From NCBI RefSeq assembly GCF_004010195.1, contig NC_057719.1, forward strand, positions 95,193,672 to 95,257,671: 64,000 nucleotides of DNA, in the 5' to 3' direction. The first letter of the stretch is position 1. The number at the start of each line of letters is the position of its first letter. This DNA comes from Chiloscyllium plagiosum (Eukaryota). Both the position numbers and the translations under genes were made by a program. The notes under the pieces were generated by a model. It did no database searches. It worked only from the letters and a program-made list of their open reading frames with translations, and had not been told where the DNA came from. This document shows, piece by piece, positions 49,766 through 63,026 of the stretch.

Positions 49766-51136
49766 AACAAAACACTGCAATCTGCACCATGGTGGCATCA
49801 ATCAGATTCTGTCCAGCACCAAACTGGGATTACGTGGCAGGAAGCACAGTTAGCTCCACCTGAGCTTTCACAACAGAACAGAGGGATGTGTGCAGTGGCT
49901 TCTTCCTGTGCAGCAGTGGAAGCTGAGGCAGGAACCAATTTGATTAGGCAGTGATGTCATGCAGTTGCTGCTCATTTTCACAGTGGGCTATAAGCTGCAG
50001 GCTGCTTTATGTCATGATGGAGCTCGGCCCCTCCAGACTTAATACCAGAGACAGGGCACTCTATGGCAGGTCTGTCAAGGAGAATATGAAATCTTGTTTG
50101 CAAGCATTCTTCCGAATGCTATTCAGTTGAAGCCTGTGCCTGAATGCCTTGCAATAGAACTTATGTGGGACATCAGTTTCTGATGAATGAGACACCGAAT
50201 AGCCAAGGTGACAAGGAGCCTGTACAGCGTGACCTGTTGTACACACAGCAGAGTGACAGGTTATTAGCAGCTGGGTTAATCCCAGAGGGGTGGGATGAGG
50301 ACCTTAGTTAGTCCTTAACTAGTGGCAGGAAGTCAGTTCCCTCATGGACTAGCTTGCCAGAATATAATTCTGAATGAGTGGGGGGAAGCCAGCTGGAATT
50401 AGACCAACACCATCCTGTCTAACTAAATGCTTCCCATCCTCCAAGGCTACCATCAGTGAGAGCAGACGGTTCCACTAATTATCCTTCCTAAAGTACACCT
50501 CTGTATCTGAAAATCTTCAGTTCTTCTCCAGCATTGATTTTCATCACTGAAGTTACTTAGAACTTTGGCGAACCAGTTTCCATTTACAAAGAACAACCTG
50601 TTTATTCAAGCTTCAGGCTAACTGGGACGTGTACTTGGCCGTTCAGTCGCCCTCACCCTCCCACCTCCCCCCCACCCCCGTCGACTGCACACAAACACCA
50701 TGTAAATTAGGAGGCAGCATGAAATGTCCCTGTTTTCTACCTCCTACAGGACCAGCAGGGCAGATTATGAATAATTCTTATGCTCAAGTAGTGACACAAT
50801 CCACTTTTAAACTTATAGTCTCTGATCTTACAATTACAGACACAAACACGTACTCCACATCTTGTCACACTTTTCAACTCCAAATACATGACATTTCTGA
50901 ATGTTTTCTGAAACTGTAGAGTTTTAGGTTATATAGTTCCTTGTTTTCAATACCTGAATGAAATTTGCCAGAAATATCAATCAAATGTAGGAAATGTTTA
51001 TTCCTATTCCAAGGAGCTGGATCATTGGATCCAGCTGAAATAAAAGGCTGAATTACAAACAGTTGTAACCCCATTGCTATGAGTTACATAAAAATATGGA
51101 TCAACACAACTTCCACGAATATACTTCTTTAAAGAA

Positions 51137-51268
51137 GGATAACTTTCATAATTAAACCCAAGGATCCTGTGGTTAATATGGATAATTTTCCTAATTAAAC
51201 ACAGGAATCCTATGGCCAATAGGGATAATTTTCCTAATTAAACCCAGGGATCCTGTGGTCGATAGGGA
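51137..51268. repeat. 43-bp imperfect tandem repeat, about 3 copies
   Basis: taattaaac starts at 51149, 51192 and 51235. Confidence 0.9.
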
Positions 51269-53957
51269 AGCCAAGTAGATTGAAGCATGTCATTCCACTT
51301 CTTGTCAAGAAAAGTTTGGGCACTAATACCTCAGTTTGTAACCTGTGTCCAATACATGAGGTGTTGATTCATCAATGCTTTGAAGAAGCTCAAGTAAGTA
51401 TTGTAGTGAGGAAAATAAATGAGCTATTTCAAATAAGATATGGCAAATAACTAAGAGTCATAGCATTTTACAGCATAGAAAAATGCTTTTGGCACTTTGT
51501 GTCTTTGCCAGTCATCATGCAGTATCCACTCTAATCCTATTTTTCAACACTTGGCCCAGCGCCTTGTATTCTAATGTTTCAAGTGTTCACTCTAAACATT
51601 TCTTCAATGTTGTAATGGTTCCTGCCTCCAGCACACTTTCACATAGTGAGTTCCAGATATACACCAACTGAAATTTTTCCTTAAATCCTGCCATTTACAT
51701 TAAATCCTATTTTTTAATGATATTTTCAAGCCATTAACCAGAGTAAGTGAAAAGAAACATTTTAAAATTTCAAGGCCATTTCTTATTTGTTGTCATGTGC
51801 ACTAAAGTTATTGCAGCAATTACAACCCTTCTTTCTAACTCGTGCCAAGTGATAGTTTGTCAAACTGAGAACCTCAATGTCTGTGAATATGATTAGCTTT
51901 TTGAACCTCTATCTGTCTGTATTACATTTTATTCACACCTGCAGAACTCAAAGCCAAAGGCAACTAATAGGGACAGTGCAGTAAAAACTGAAGCACAATG
52001 CTAGCTCACAAAGCGAGGAGACTGGATACAGCTCATGAGTATTGAATAATCAAAAAATAAAAACAAATCACTGAACAGACAGTACTACTTCATTAATAAT
52101 AGTGAAAAAAATATTTATCATTGTAAATTGGCAGCTTTTCTTACATAGAGAGTGTTTCCTTGAAATTGAAATGAACAGTAGCTCATTATGTTTCAAAAAC
52201 ATTCAGTATGTCAGTGGGACCCAGATACCTTGGAAGAAAAGGGAAACTGAAATGATGAAAATGAAATATGTGATTTTCTGTAGATGACTAGATTCATTTT
52301 TAAATACTACCATTTAATTATTTGAGGGGAATTTAAATTTGATTCCATTTTATAAACGGAATATGGGAGAAACAATGCAAAAACATGACATCTATAGAGT
52401 GAGCATAAATAGCAGATAGAAATAAATGATTCAATTGAGCTTAAGTTCAATCTTGATGAGGTGGAAGGAAGTGCATAGCTGATGTTTAATACACTATTGT
52501 AACTCTGGGTTTAGTTCATTAACATACTGTGGATACCTTTCCAATGTTGAAAACACCTGTGCTATTTCCTCATCCATTGGTGAGTGAAAATCTGCTGCTA
52601 CTGCAAAATGTAAAGATCCATATCAATTTAAAGAGTCAGTTTTGATGAGACAGATTAATGACTACAAAGGAATTTGTTCAAAAATAGGGAATAGAAAGAA
52701 AACTGAGAAAGATGTATTCATCATAAACGGATAGAAGAAATTTTCCAGAAGTTGGAAGATGAAGTAAGGGGCAGGAGGATGCTTTATGTTGGAATAGCAA
52801 CAAATAACTTCAAGAAGAACACATTGAAATAATGGGAGATGACAATCACTCTGATGTCAACAGCAGCGTTTCACTTTTGGAAGTTGACTGACCATTCTAG
52901 GTCTGAAATGGAAGAAGATAAGTTAATTATCAACCATTTAACATTCAAGGTTTGTGTAAAGATTTGTAGCTTAGGTGCTGGTTACCGTGGTTGTGGGTAT
53001 GTTCACCGAGCTGGGAAGTTGATTTGCAAACATTTTCTCCCCTGTCTCGGTGACATTGTCAGTGTTTTGGGGCCTCCTGTGATGAGCTGCTGTACTGTGT
53101 CTTCTGGAATTTATCTGGTTCCATTCCTGCTGCTTCCCACTGCCGGTTCCAGTGTTTGTTATAGTAGCCAGTATACTGGCCTATGTACTTGTTGATGGAG
53201 TCTGTGGGTGAGTGCCATGCTTCTAGAAATTCTCTGACTATCCTCTGTTTAGCTTGTCTTTTGCTCATTCTGTTGGATCCTGTCGAGTTTGTGGTCCTTG
53301 TGTCTATGTGGGACAGCTGGTCATGGTGTTTAATGGCTAGTTGGTGTTTGTGGATGCGGATTGCTAGCTGTCAGTCTGTTTGCTCTATATAGTGTCTCAT
53401 GCAATCGTTGCATGGAATCCTGTAAATCCTCTTGCAAGGATGCTTTCCTTGAAGAAGCTCCCCTCGCATTCCTCACTTTCTCCATCCTGTAAATTATGTT
53501 AGCCTTGCCCATGATGGGTACGGGGCCTTTGACCCTGTTGGTGAGCTGTTGTTTGAGTGTGCCTGACAGTTTATGGGCTGTAATGAATCCCAGTGGGTGA
53601 AGAAGTCTGGCTGTCAGTTCTGAGATGTTTGTTATGTGAGGTAGTGTGACCAGTGAGTTAGGTCGTGGCATGTTCTCGTCACAGTGTTTGTCTGTTAGGC
53701 GTCTGCAGATGAAGTTGTGGGGATATCAGCTCTTGGCGAAGACTCTGTAAAGGTGTTCTCCTTCTTCCCTTCATAGATCGGGAGTGCTGCAGTATATTGG
53801 AGTCCTTTTAAATAGGGTCCTAATGCAGCTTCTGTTGTGTCTGTTTGGGTGGTTGCTGTTGTAATTCAGGGCCTGGTCATTGTGTGTGACTTTCCTGTAC
53901 ACATTTGTGGTGCATTCACCGTTCTGTGTTCTTTGTACCATCACATCCAGGAATGGG

Positions 53958-54150
53958 GTTAAAAATCACACAACACCAGGTTAAAGTTCAACAGGTTAAT
54001 TGGAAGCACTAGTTTTCAGAGCGCCGTTCCCTAATCAGGACAACCACCTGATGAAGGAGCGGCGCTCCGATAGCTTGTGCTTCCAATTACCTTGTTGGAC
54101 TTTAACCTGGTGTACATCCCAGTCCAACACCGGCATCTCCAAATCATCCT
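53958..54150. mobile_element. Family B palindromic element nested in the Penelope left arm
   Basis: gttaaaaatcacacaacaccagg..cacctgatgaaggagcggcgctccga..ccaacaccggcatctccaaatc; absent from the right arm. Confidence 0.88.
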
Positions 54151-54303
54151 TGATTGTTAGTTTCCTCCTCTCTCGTAAATCTGATCCCTGTGAGTATGGT
54201 GTTGATTATCTGGCATGTGGTCTTGATTTCTGTTCTCTTAATGATATCTGATCCAGAGTTTGGGTTGGACTTGTGAGAGGGCTGTTTGTTCACATCTTTG
54301 CAT

Positions 54304-54946
54304 TGTCACAAAGCTAGTCCTTTTCTTTTCTAAGAGCTGTTCCTTGGCTCAAGGAGACTCTGCCCTTGACTTTTTTCAGAGGGGTAATGAACCAGGCCAG
54401 GCTCCAATCAGACTGGTTTGGTACAGAGATTAAAATGATTGTGAGAGGCCTTTTGTTTATATATAAATAGATGAGACTTCAGGCCAAAGTGGCCATGTTT
54501 TAAAAGTGACCTGTATGATGGAAGGGGAGTGGTCAACTCTCTAGCTGAGCAATTTTAGTTCAGTCTTGAACTGGGAAGTTCAACAGAGAGCTGTGTGGAA
54601 ACTTTGTCTCTCTCTTTCTGCCCTTCAACTTCAATCTGTGGGCATGTGTTCCATTTATATTAGTTATCAAAGGGAGTTTGCTGATTGGAACTGTTGCGTA
54701 TATTTGAAACAGCATGACTAAGTCTAGTTTGGACAGACTGAGTTCTGTAGGGGTTCTTTATTCTATTCTTTGTTTCTCACTGTGTAATTTTGTGAATACA
54801 TTTTTGTCTGTTTTAAAATAGAGTAGTCAACCTCGCTATGTAACTTCGGGTAATTTTCAATATACACTTACCGAAACAAATTGCAAGGTAATGGTGTGGA
54901 CTGTCTGCTTAAGAATGTTTTGAGAGGTTTGGCCTAGTCCGTAATA
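54304..54946 (+). repeat. 5' LTR
   Basis: Starts tgtcacaaagctagtcc; direct repeat of 58873-59520. Confidence 0.93.
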
Positions 54947-55046
54947 GATTGGGAGCTCTTTGTGGGATTTTAAACAGAGAGTGGTAGGTGCTAATGTCTT
55001 TATTTCGGGTGTTGGTTTGGTTAGGTAGACAAGGCTTGGGATAGTA

Positions 55047-57349
55047 ATGGCTCTTTCAGTCGGCAATAGTTTTCTGGATGTGGATGCAGTGACTTTGGAA
55101 GTTTTGCAAAAAGTGAAAAAGACCAAGTTGCAGGAATTAGCAGAAAAGCTGGAATTGGACCTGCCTGCGTCTGTGAGGAAAGGAGAGATCATTACAGCAG
55201 AAGCTCAGCATTAAAACTTGCTGGAGAAACCATCAGAATCTATAGAGATGGCAAGGATTCAATAGCAAATGAAGCAGCTTGAGCTAGAGACAAGAGATAA
55301 GGAAAGGGCAGCAGAAATGAGACAGTTTGAGTTACGATTAATAGCAGAAGAGAGTGAAAAAGAAAGAGCAGCAGAACAGAGATAAAAAGAGAGAGGTTTT
55401 GAACTTAAAAATCTGACACTTTAAAAGGCTGAGGGTGGATTTAGTGAGGAAGGGAGTGAGGAGGAGCAAGCCCCTGGTGGTCAGAAGCCCAGTGAGAAAC
55501 TGTTTAAGTATGTTCAAGCATTGCCTCAATTTGATGAGAAGGATATGGAAGACTTTTTCATCTCATTTGAAAAGGTGGCTAAACAAATGCAGTGGCCAAT
55601 GGCAATGTGGCTTTTGTTGATCCAAATGAAACTTGTAGGTAGAGTTAGTGAGGTATTTGCAGCCCTCTCAGATGGAGGTATGTGGGGAGTGTGAGGAGGT
55701 GAAAACAAGCCATTTTAAATGCATATGAGCTTGTACCAGAAGCCTATAGACAACATTTCAGGAGGGATCCTAGTCAAACCTATACTGAGTTTGAAAGGAT
55801 TAAACAGAGTAATTTCGATAGATGGATAAGAGCTTTAAAAATTGAGCAAACCTGTGATGCCTTTAGAGAGGTAATTATTTTGGAGGAATTCAAACATTCA
55901 CTGCCTGAAGTAGTGCGAACTCATGTGGAAGAGCAGGGAGTTAAAACAGCGAGGTTAGCAGCTGAAGGGGCTGATGGTTATGAGCTGATCCATACTGGTG
56001 AGTTGTTGTCTGAGAGTGGCTGTTGGTGCCCTTAAAGAGGTAATTATTTTGGAGGAATTCAAAAATTCACTGCCCGAAGTAGTATGAACTTGTGGAAGAG
56101 CAGAGAGTTAAAACAGCGAGGTTAGCAGCTGAAGGGGCTGATGGTTATGAGCTGATCCATAAAACTCAGCTTGGCTTCCAGAATCAAGTTCGGTCCATGA
56201 GGGATAGAAACTGGGGCAAAGAGAAATCCTCATGTGGAAAGGCAAAGGTAGATCTCAGTGAAGATCATAAGGAGAACTTAGCACAGGGTAAAGAAGAAAC
56301 CCTTGAGGGGGACAAAGAATTTAAAAGCCTCCGATGTCTTCATTGTAATAAAGTGGGCCACACAAAATCACAGTGTTGGTGGGCTAGGAAAAAGCCAGAT
56401 GTAGGAAAACCAGACAAGCCTGGAAGTTTTGTTGGACTAGTAACAAAAAGCACAAGGGAAGTTAGACAACTGCCTCAGAGTGTACAAGATGATCAGGGGT
56501 TGATTAAGGAGGAAGTGCCAGATCTGCTTAAAAAATATACATGCAAGGGTAAAGTTTATTCACATAGGCCAGGAGTAATAGGTAAGGAGGTTACAATATT
56601 AAGGGACACAGGATCCTTTCAGTCTGAGATGCTGAAGGATGAGGAGATATGTACTCCTGAGGGACTATGGCCAGAAAAGGTCCTGGTAACAGGAATTCAT
56701 GGTGAGACAAAAAGTGCTCAATCATGTAAAATGAGGCGAGAGACTCCATAGAAGAGTGGAGAATGTGTGGTAGGAGTACTGGACAAACTCTCAGCTCCAG
56801 GAATACAATGTACTTACAAATGATATAACTGATTCACTGGTAGGCGTGCTGCCTACTCTAGTTGAAAAGCCAGTAACTGAAGACCTGGAGAATGTTTATC
56901 CAGGAATTTTCCCTGATTGTGTGATCACAAGGTCACAGAAGCACAAGCTGAAGCAGGCGAGATCAAATGGCACAGATGACGTTTAACCCCATTAACAATG
57001 TAGGATGAGTTGACTAGATTTCCCGTAACAGATGAGCCTTTAAAAGCAAGGTTTAGTGAACCGTATCAAATTGAGAGGAAATTGAGTGAGGTGAACTACT
57101 TGATAAGGACTCCAGACAGGGAGAAATCTCACAGAGTGGGTCATGTGAATATGCTCAAAAGGTATTTTGATTGGGAAGGAAAGCAGGAGGAGAAGGTGTT
57201 AATGATTATAGCACAGAAGGAAGGACCACGTTCAGAGGATTCTGAATTGGACATTCCTCAAATCAAATTGGACAAGGGGGAAGTTGTCAAAAATTGGGAT
57301 ACATTATGGAGTTACCTTCCACAAGAAAATCAAAATGACCTGAAAGAGT

Positions 57350-57388
<39 letters not shown>

Positions 57389-58703
57389 ATGGGGAGATAC
57401 GTGGAAATAAACTGGGAAGTACTGACCTAGTTGTGCATGATGTAGATATTGGAGATGCTGTTCCGATTAGCAACATCCTCATAGGCACAACCCTTTAAAG
57501 TTGGTACAGGTTCAGAAGGAGATAGAACGCATGCTCCAAGATGGCAAAATCAAAGTGAATCACAGTGACTGGAGCTCACCCATAGTCATGGGGCCAAAGC
57601 CAGATGATACCCAATGGTTTTATGTGGACTATCACAAAGTCAATGCCGTTACAAAGACTGATGCATATCCAATTCCGTAGTTGGAGGACTGTGTTGAAAA
57701 AGTGGGACAGGCAACGTACATTTCTACTTGCTCAGAGGCAAGTGGCAAGTACCTCTGTCAGAGAGAGCAAAGGCAATTTCAGCTTTTGTAACACCAAATA
57801 CACTATATCAGTTCAAAGTCATGCCATTTGGTATGAAAAATGCTCCAGCCACATTTCAGAGACTGACCAATTAGGTCATTGCCAGATTTTCCAACTGTAT
57901 GTTATATATTGATAACCTGGTGATTTTTACTCACTCATGGAAGGAACATTTACAGCATTTATCGGACTTGTTTGATCAACTTCGGAAGGCAGGCTTGGTG
58001 ATAAACTTAGCTAAAAGTGAATTTGCTAAAGTCCAAGTCACCTTCCTTGGCTATCTTATTGGATATGTTCAAATGGCCCCATGGGATGCAAAAACGAAAG
58101 TAATTGGGGAATTTGCTACACCATCAACAAAAAAAGCAGTACCATATTCCTGGGATTGAATGGATTTTACCAAAAGTTTGTGCCGAACTTTAGCAGTGTG
58201 GCTGCTCCACTCACCGAATTGTTAAAAATGGGCAAGAAGTTTCAGTAGACAGCAGACTGTCAAAAGTCATTTGACAGCCTAAAAACTGTGTTAATCACTG
58301 CCCCAGTATTAGCCACATCGGATTACATGAAGTCTTTCAAGGTGGCTATCGACGCCAGTGATGTTGGTGTCGGTGCGGTGCTCCTGCAGGAGGATGATGA
58401 GGAATAGAAAGACCCATTGGGTATTTTCCAGGAAATTGAATGTTCATCAACAGAAATATTCAATAGTGGAGAAAGAGACTTTCAGCTTGGTGTTGGCATT
58501 ACAACATTTCAGTGTTTATATTACCAGCATCTGAGACAATCGTATACACTGATCATAACCCATTGACATTTGTGGAAAATTTTAAGGACAAGAATGCCAG
58601 CCTGTTTAGATGGACCTTGTTGTTGCATCCATTCAAGTTCACAACTCTGCATGTGGCAGGTCATGAAAACGTGATTGCCGATGTGCTATGAAGACTAGAA
58701 TGA
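55047..58703 (+). pseudogene. Disrupted gag-pol: SCAN-like capsid, CCHC knuckle, protease, integrase C-terminus, RT, RNase H
   Basis: [112 protein letters not shown]; many stops and frameshifts; (TA)n expansion at 57352-57385. Confidence 0.92.
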
Positions 58704-58872
58704 GATACGTTCGGTGGCGGGTGTACCCCGGCTTGAATTTGCGTGTAGTTATGCATGTTTGCATGTTTATAGTTAGTCTTGCATATATGTGTGTTTAGAC
58801 TACTAACCAGGTTTTGAAGGGTTAAAAGTGAAGCCATCTTTGGTATTGATGGTTTTTTTTTAAGTGGGGAGG

Positions 58873-59520
58873 TATCACAAAGCTAGTCCCTTAATTTTTT
58901 CGAAAAGCTCTTCCGTAGCTCAAGGAGATTCTGTCCTTGATTTTTTTCAGAGGGGTAATAAAGCAGGCCAGGCTCCAATCAGTCTGGTTTGGTACAGAGA
59001 TGGAAAGGATTTTGAGAAGTCTTTTGTTTATTTGTAAACACATGAGACTTCAGGCCAAAGTGGTCATGTTTTAGAAGTGACCTGTATAATGGAAGGGGAG
59101 TGGTCAACTCTCTAGCTGAGCAGTTTGAGTTCAGTCTTGAACTGGTGAGGAGTTCAACAGGGAACTGTGTGGAAACTCTGTCCGTCTCTTTCTGCCCTTC
59201 AACTTTAACCTGTGGGCACGTGTTCCATTTATACTGGTTTTTAAAGGGGGTTTGCTTATTGGGACTGTTGTGTATATCTGAAACAGCATAATTAAGTCTA
59301 GTTTGGATAGACTGAGTTCTGTAGGGATTCTTTATTCTGTTCTTTGTGTTTCATTGTGTAATTTTGTGAATAAATGTTTGTCTGTTTTAAAATCTAGTAG
59401 TCAACACAGCTATCTCACTTAGGGTAATTTTCAGTGTACACTGACCAAAACAAATTGCAAAGCTTTGGTCTGGGCTCCCTGCTTAAGACTATTTTGAGTG
59501 GTCTGGTCTGGTCCATTACA
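58873..59520 (+). repeat. 3' LTR
   Basis: Follows the PPT; ends ggtccattaca. Confidence 0.93.
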
Positions 59521-59765
59521 GCATCATTACTTATGGTATGAGCCCTGAGATGGGGGAGCCCATAGTTGTTCCATTGATCTGTTCATATATTTGGTTGTTG
59601 AATGTGAAGTGTATCTTCAAGCACAGGTCTAGTAGTTTGAGCATGCAGTCCTTGTTGATCGGTCCCCCATTGTGTTCCCTGTTCTGCTTGTCTCTCTGGC
59701 AATTGAAGTGAACAGCATCGTCACATCAAATGAGACCATTGCTTTGCCCTTGTTTATTTTTATGT

Positions 59766-62566
59766 TCAATGGAACAACTATCGGCTCCCCTGTCTCTGGG
59801 CTCATAGTAGAAGCAATGATGCAAAGATTTGAACTAACAGCCCTCGCACAAATCTAACCCAAACTCTGGATGAGATACGTAGACAACATTTTTGTTACTA
59901 ATACAAGTACAGAAATCGAGACCACATGCCAGATTATCAAAACCATCCTCACAGGGATCAAAAAAAAGAAAGATTAACCGGGGAGGGATTAGACAACCTT
60001 GGCTGACAAAGGAAGTCAGGAAATGTATTAAAGAAAAAGAGAGATCCTATAAAGTGGCCAAGAACAGTGGGAAATCAGAAGATTGGGAAGGATACAAAAG
60101 CAAACAGAGGATAACAAAGAGTGTAATAAGAAATGAGAGGATCAAATATGAAGGTAGGCTAGCCAGTAATATTAGAAATAATAGTAAAAGTTTCTTTCAG
60201 TACATAAGAAACAAACGACAGGCAAAAGTAGACATTGGGCCACTTCAAACTGATGCAGGAAGCCTAGTGATGGGAGATAAGGAAATAGCAGGAGAACTTA
60301 ACAAGTACTTTGCGTCAGTCTTCACAGTAGAAGACATGAGTAATATCCCAAAAATTAAAGGGTGTCACGGGGCTGAGTTGAGTATGGTTGCCATTACGAA
60401 AGAGATAGTGCTAGAAAAGTTAAAAAGTCTTAAAATTGATAAATCTCCTGGCCCCGATGGGATACACCCTAGAGTTCTGAGAGAGGTGGCTGAGGAAATA
60501 GCAGAGGCATTGGTTGAGATCTTTCAAGAGTCACTGGAGTCAGGAAAGGTCCCGGATGATTGGAAGATGGCCGTTGTAACCCCCTTGTTCAAGAAAGGAT
60601 CAAGGCAAAAGATGGAAAATTATAGGCCAATCAGCTTAACCTCGGTTGTTGGTAAAATTCTAGAATCCATCATTAAGGATGAGGTTTCTAAATTCTTGGA
60701 AGAGCAGAGTCTGATTAGAACAAGTCAACATGGATGTAGTAAAGGGAGGTCATGCCTGACAAACCTGTTGGAATTTTTTGAAGAGGTAACAAGTAGGTTA
60801 GACCAGGGAAACCCAGTGGATGTGGCCTATCTAGACTTTCAAAAGGCCTTTGATAAGGTGCCACACGAGAGGCTGCTGAGGAAATGGCTGATGGAATTTG
60901 AGCAAGTGCGAGGTCTTGCACTTTGGCAAAAAGAATAAAAGCATAGGCTACTTTCTAAATGGTGAGGAAATTAATAAAGCCAAAGCACAAAGGGATCTGG
61001 GAGTGCTAGTCGAGGATTCTCTAAAGGTAAACATGCAGGTTGAGTCCGTGATTAAGAAAGCGAATGCAATGTTGTCTCTTATCTCAAGAGGGTTGGAATA
61101 TAAAAGCAGAGATGTACTACTAAGACTTTATAAAGCTCTGGTTAGGCCCCATTTGGAGTACTGTGTCCAGTTTTGGTCCCCACACCTCAGGAAGGACATA
61201 CTGGCACTGGAACGTGTCCAGCGGAGATTTACACGGATGATCCCTGGAATGACAGGTCTAACATATGAGGAATGGCTGAGGATACTGGGATTGTATTCGT
61301 TGGAGTTTAGAAGATTAAGGGGAGACTTAATAGAGGCGTACAAAATAATACATGGCTTGGAAAAGGTGGATGCTAGGAAATTGTTTCCGTTAACCGCGGA
61401 GACTAGGACCCGTGGACACAGCCTTAGAATTAGAGGGGGTCATTTCAGAACAGAAATGCGGAGACATTTCTTCAGCCAGAGAGTGGTGGGCCTGTGGAAT
61501 TCATTGCCACGGAGTGCAGTGGAAGCCGGGATGCTAAATGTCTTCAAGGCCGAGATTGATAGATTCTTATTGTCTAGAGGAATTAAGGGCTACGGGGAGA
61601 ACGCTGGTAAGTGGAGCTGAAATGCCCATCAGCCATGATTGAATGGCGGAGTGGACTCGATGGGCCGAATGGCCTTACTTCCACTCCTATGTCTTATGGT
61701 CTTATGGTCTTATTTACTAGAGAGGAGGAGATCAACAATCAACTCCCATTCCGAGATGTGATGGCACAAAGAACCCAGAATAGTGAATGCACCACAAAAG
61801 TGTACAGGAGAGCCCTGTTCAAAAGGGCTCCAACACATTGCAACACACCCGATCTAAAAAAAAGGAGAACACCTTTACAGAGTTTTCGCCAAGAACTGAT
61901 ATCCCCACAACTTCATCCACAGACGCCTAACAGACAAACACTGTGACGAGAACATGCCACAAACTAACTCACTGGTCACACTACCTCACATAACAAACAT
62001 CTTGGAACTGACAGCCAGACTTCTCCACCCACTGGGATTCATTACAGTCCATAAACTGACAGGCACACTCAAACAATAGCTCACCAACAGGCCAAAGACC
62101 CCATACCCATCATCAGCAAGGCTAACATAATTTACAGGATTCCATGCAAAGACTGCATGAAACACTATATAGAGCAAACAGGCAGACAACTAGCAATCCG
62201 CACCCACAAACCCAACTAGCCACTAAACGCCATGACCAGCTGTCCCACACAGATGACAAGGACTACAAATTCAATAGGGACAATAGAATGAGCATAAGAC
62301 AAGCTAAACAAAAGATAGCTAGAGAATTTCTAGAATCATGGCAGTCACCCACAGACTCCATCAACAAACACATAGACCTCAACCCAATATACCGGCCACT
62401 ACAACGAGCAACCGGAACCGGCAGTGGGAAGCAGCAGGAATGGAACCAGATAAATTCCAGAAGACACAGTACAGCAGCTCATCACAGGAGGCCCCAAAGC
62501 ACTGAAGATGTCACCGAGACAGGGGAGGAAATCAACTTCCCAGCTCGGTGAATATACCCACATCCA
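59766..62566 (+). mobile_element. Penelope-like retroelement, right arm (inverted copy), interrupted by CR1
   Basis: NGTTIGSPVSGLI, WMRYVDNIF, NIIYRIPCKDCMKHYI (GIY-YIG), REFLESWQS; decayed hammerhead ctgaagatgtcacc..agggga at 62502. Confidence 0.88.
59961..61713 (+). mobile_element. Young 5'-truncated CR1 LINE with an internal deletion of the RT core
   Basis: ORFs 59892-60938 (KSPGPDG, NYRPISLTS, DFQKAFDKV) and 60898-61620 (LVRPHLEYCVQFWSP); tcttatgg tandem tail. Confidence 0.95.
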
Positions 62567-62588
62567 GTCAATATTATCATAATTATCT

Positions 62589-63026
62589 TTGTTAGAAATT
62601 ACACAACACCAGGTTATAGTCCAACAGGAGAAAGTGAGGACTGCAGATGCTGGAGATCAGAGCTGAAAATGTGTTGCTGGAAAAGCGCAGCAGGTCAGGC
62701 AGCATCCAAGGAACAGGAGAATCGACGTTTCGGGCATGAGCCCTCCTGAAGAAGGGCTCATGCCCAAAACGTCGATTCTCCTGCTCCTTGGATGCTGCCT
62801 GACCTGCTGCGCTTTTCCAGCAACACATTTTCAGCTATAGTCCAACAGGTTTATCTGGAAGCACTAGCTTTCGGAGGGCTGCTCCTTCATCAGTCCACAA
62901 CTATCTGATGAAGGAGCAACACTCTGAAAGCTAGTGCTTCCAGATAAACCTGTTGGACTGTAACCTGGCGTTGTGTGATTTTTAACTTTGTGCATCCCAG
63001 TCCAACACCGGCATCTCCAAATCGTG
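62589..63026. mobile_element. Family B palindromic element containing a nested family A element (62629-62835)
   Basis: Nested element has a perfect 14-bp TSD TATAGTCCAACAGG at 62615-62628 and 62836-62849. Confidence 0.92.

Larger units (their letters stand above)
54304..59520 (+). mobile_element. Gmr1-like Gypsy LTR retrotransposon provirus (decayed, integrase core deleted)
   Basis: LTRs 54304-54946 and 58873-59520; 4-bp TSD GCAT (54300-54303, 59521-59524); decayed tRNA-Pro-type PBS tgggagctc..gggat after the 5' LTR; PPT aagtggggagg. Confidence 0.95.
52949..59764 (-). mobile_element. Penelope-like retroelement (RT + GIY-YIG), left arm, interrupted by nested insertions
   Basis: Minus strand: SFDVTMLFTSI (RT motif, ~59700-59740), MGSPISG, TLPHITNISELTARLLHPLGFITAHK, REFLEAWHS. 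Confidence 0.88.

Noticed and set aside
59892..61620. 348-aa and 240-aa ORFs as host genes
   Set aside because: They are CR1 ORF2 pieces, 5'-truncated and lacking the RT core
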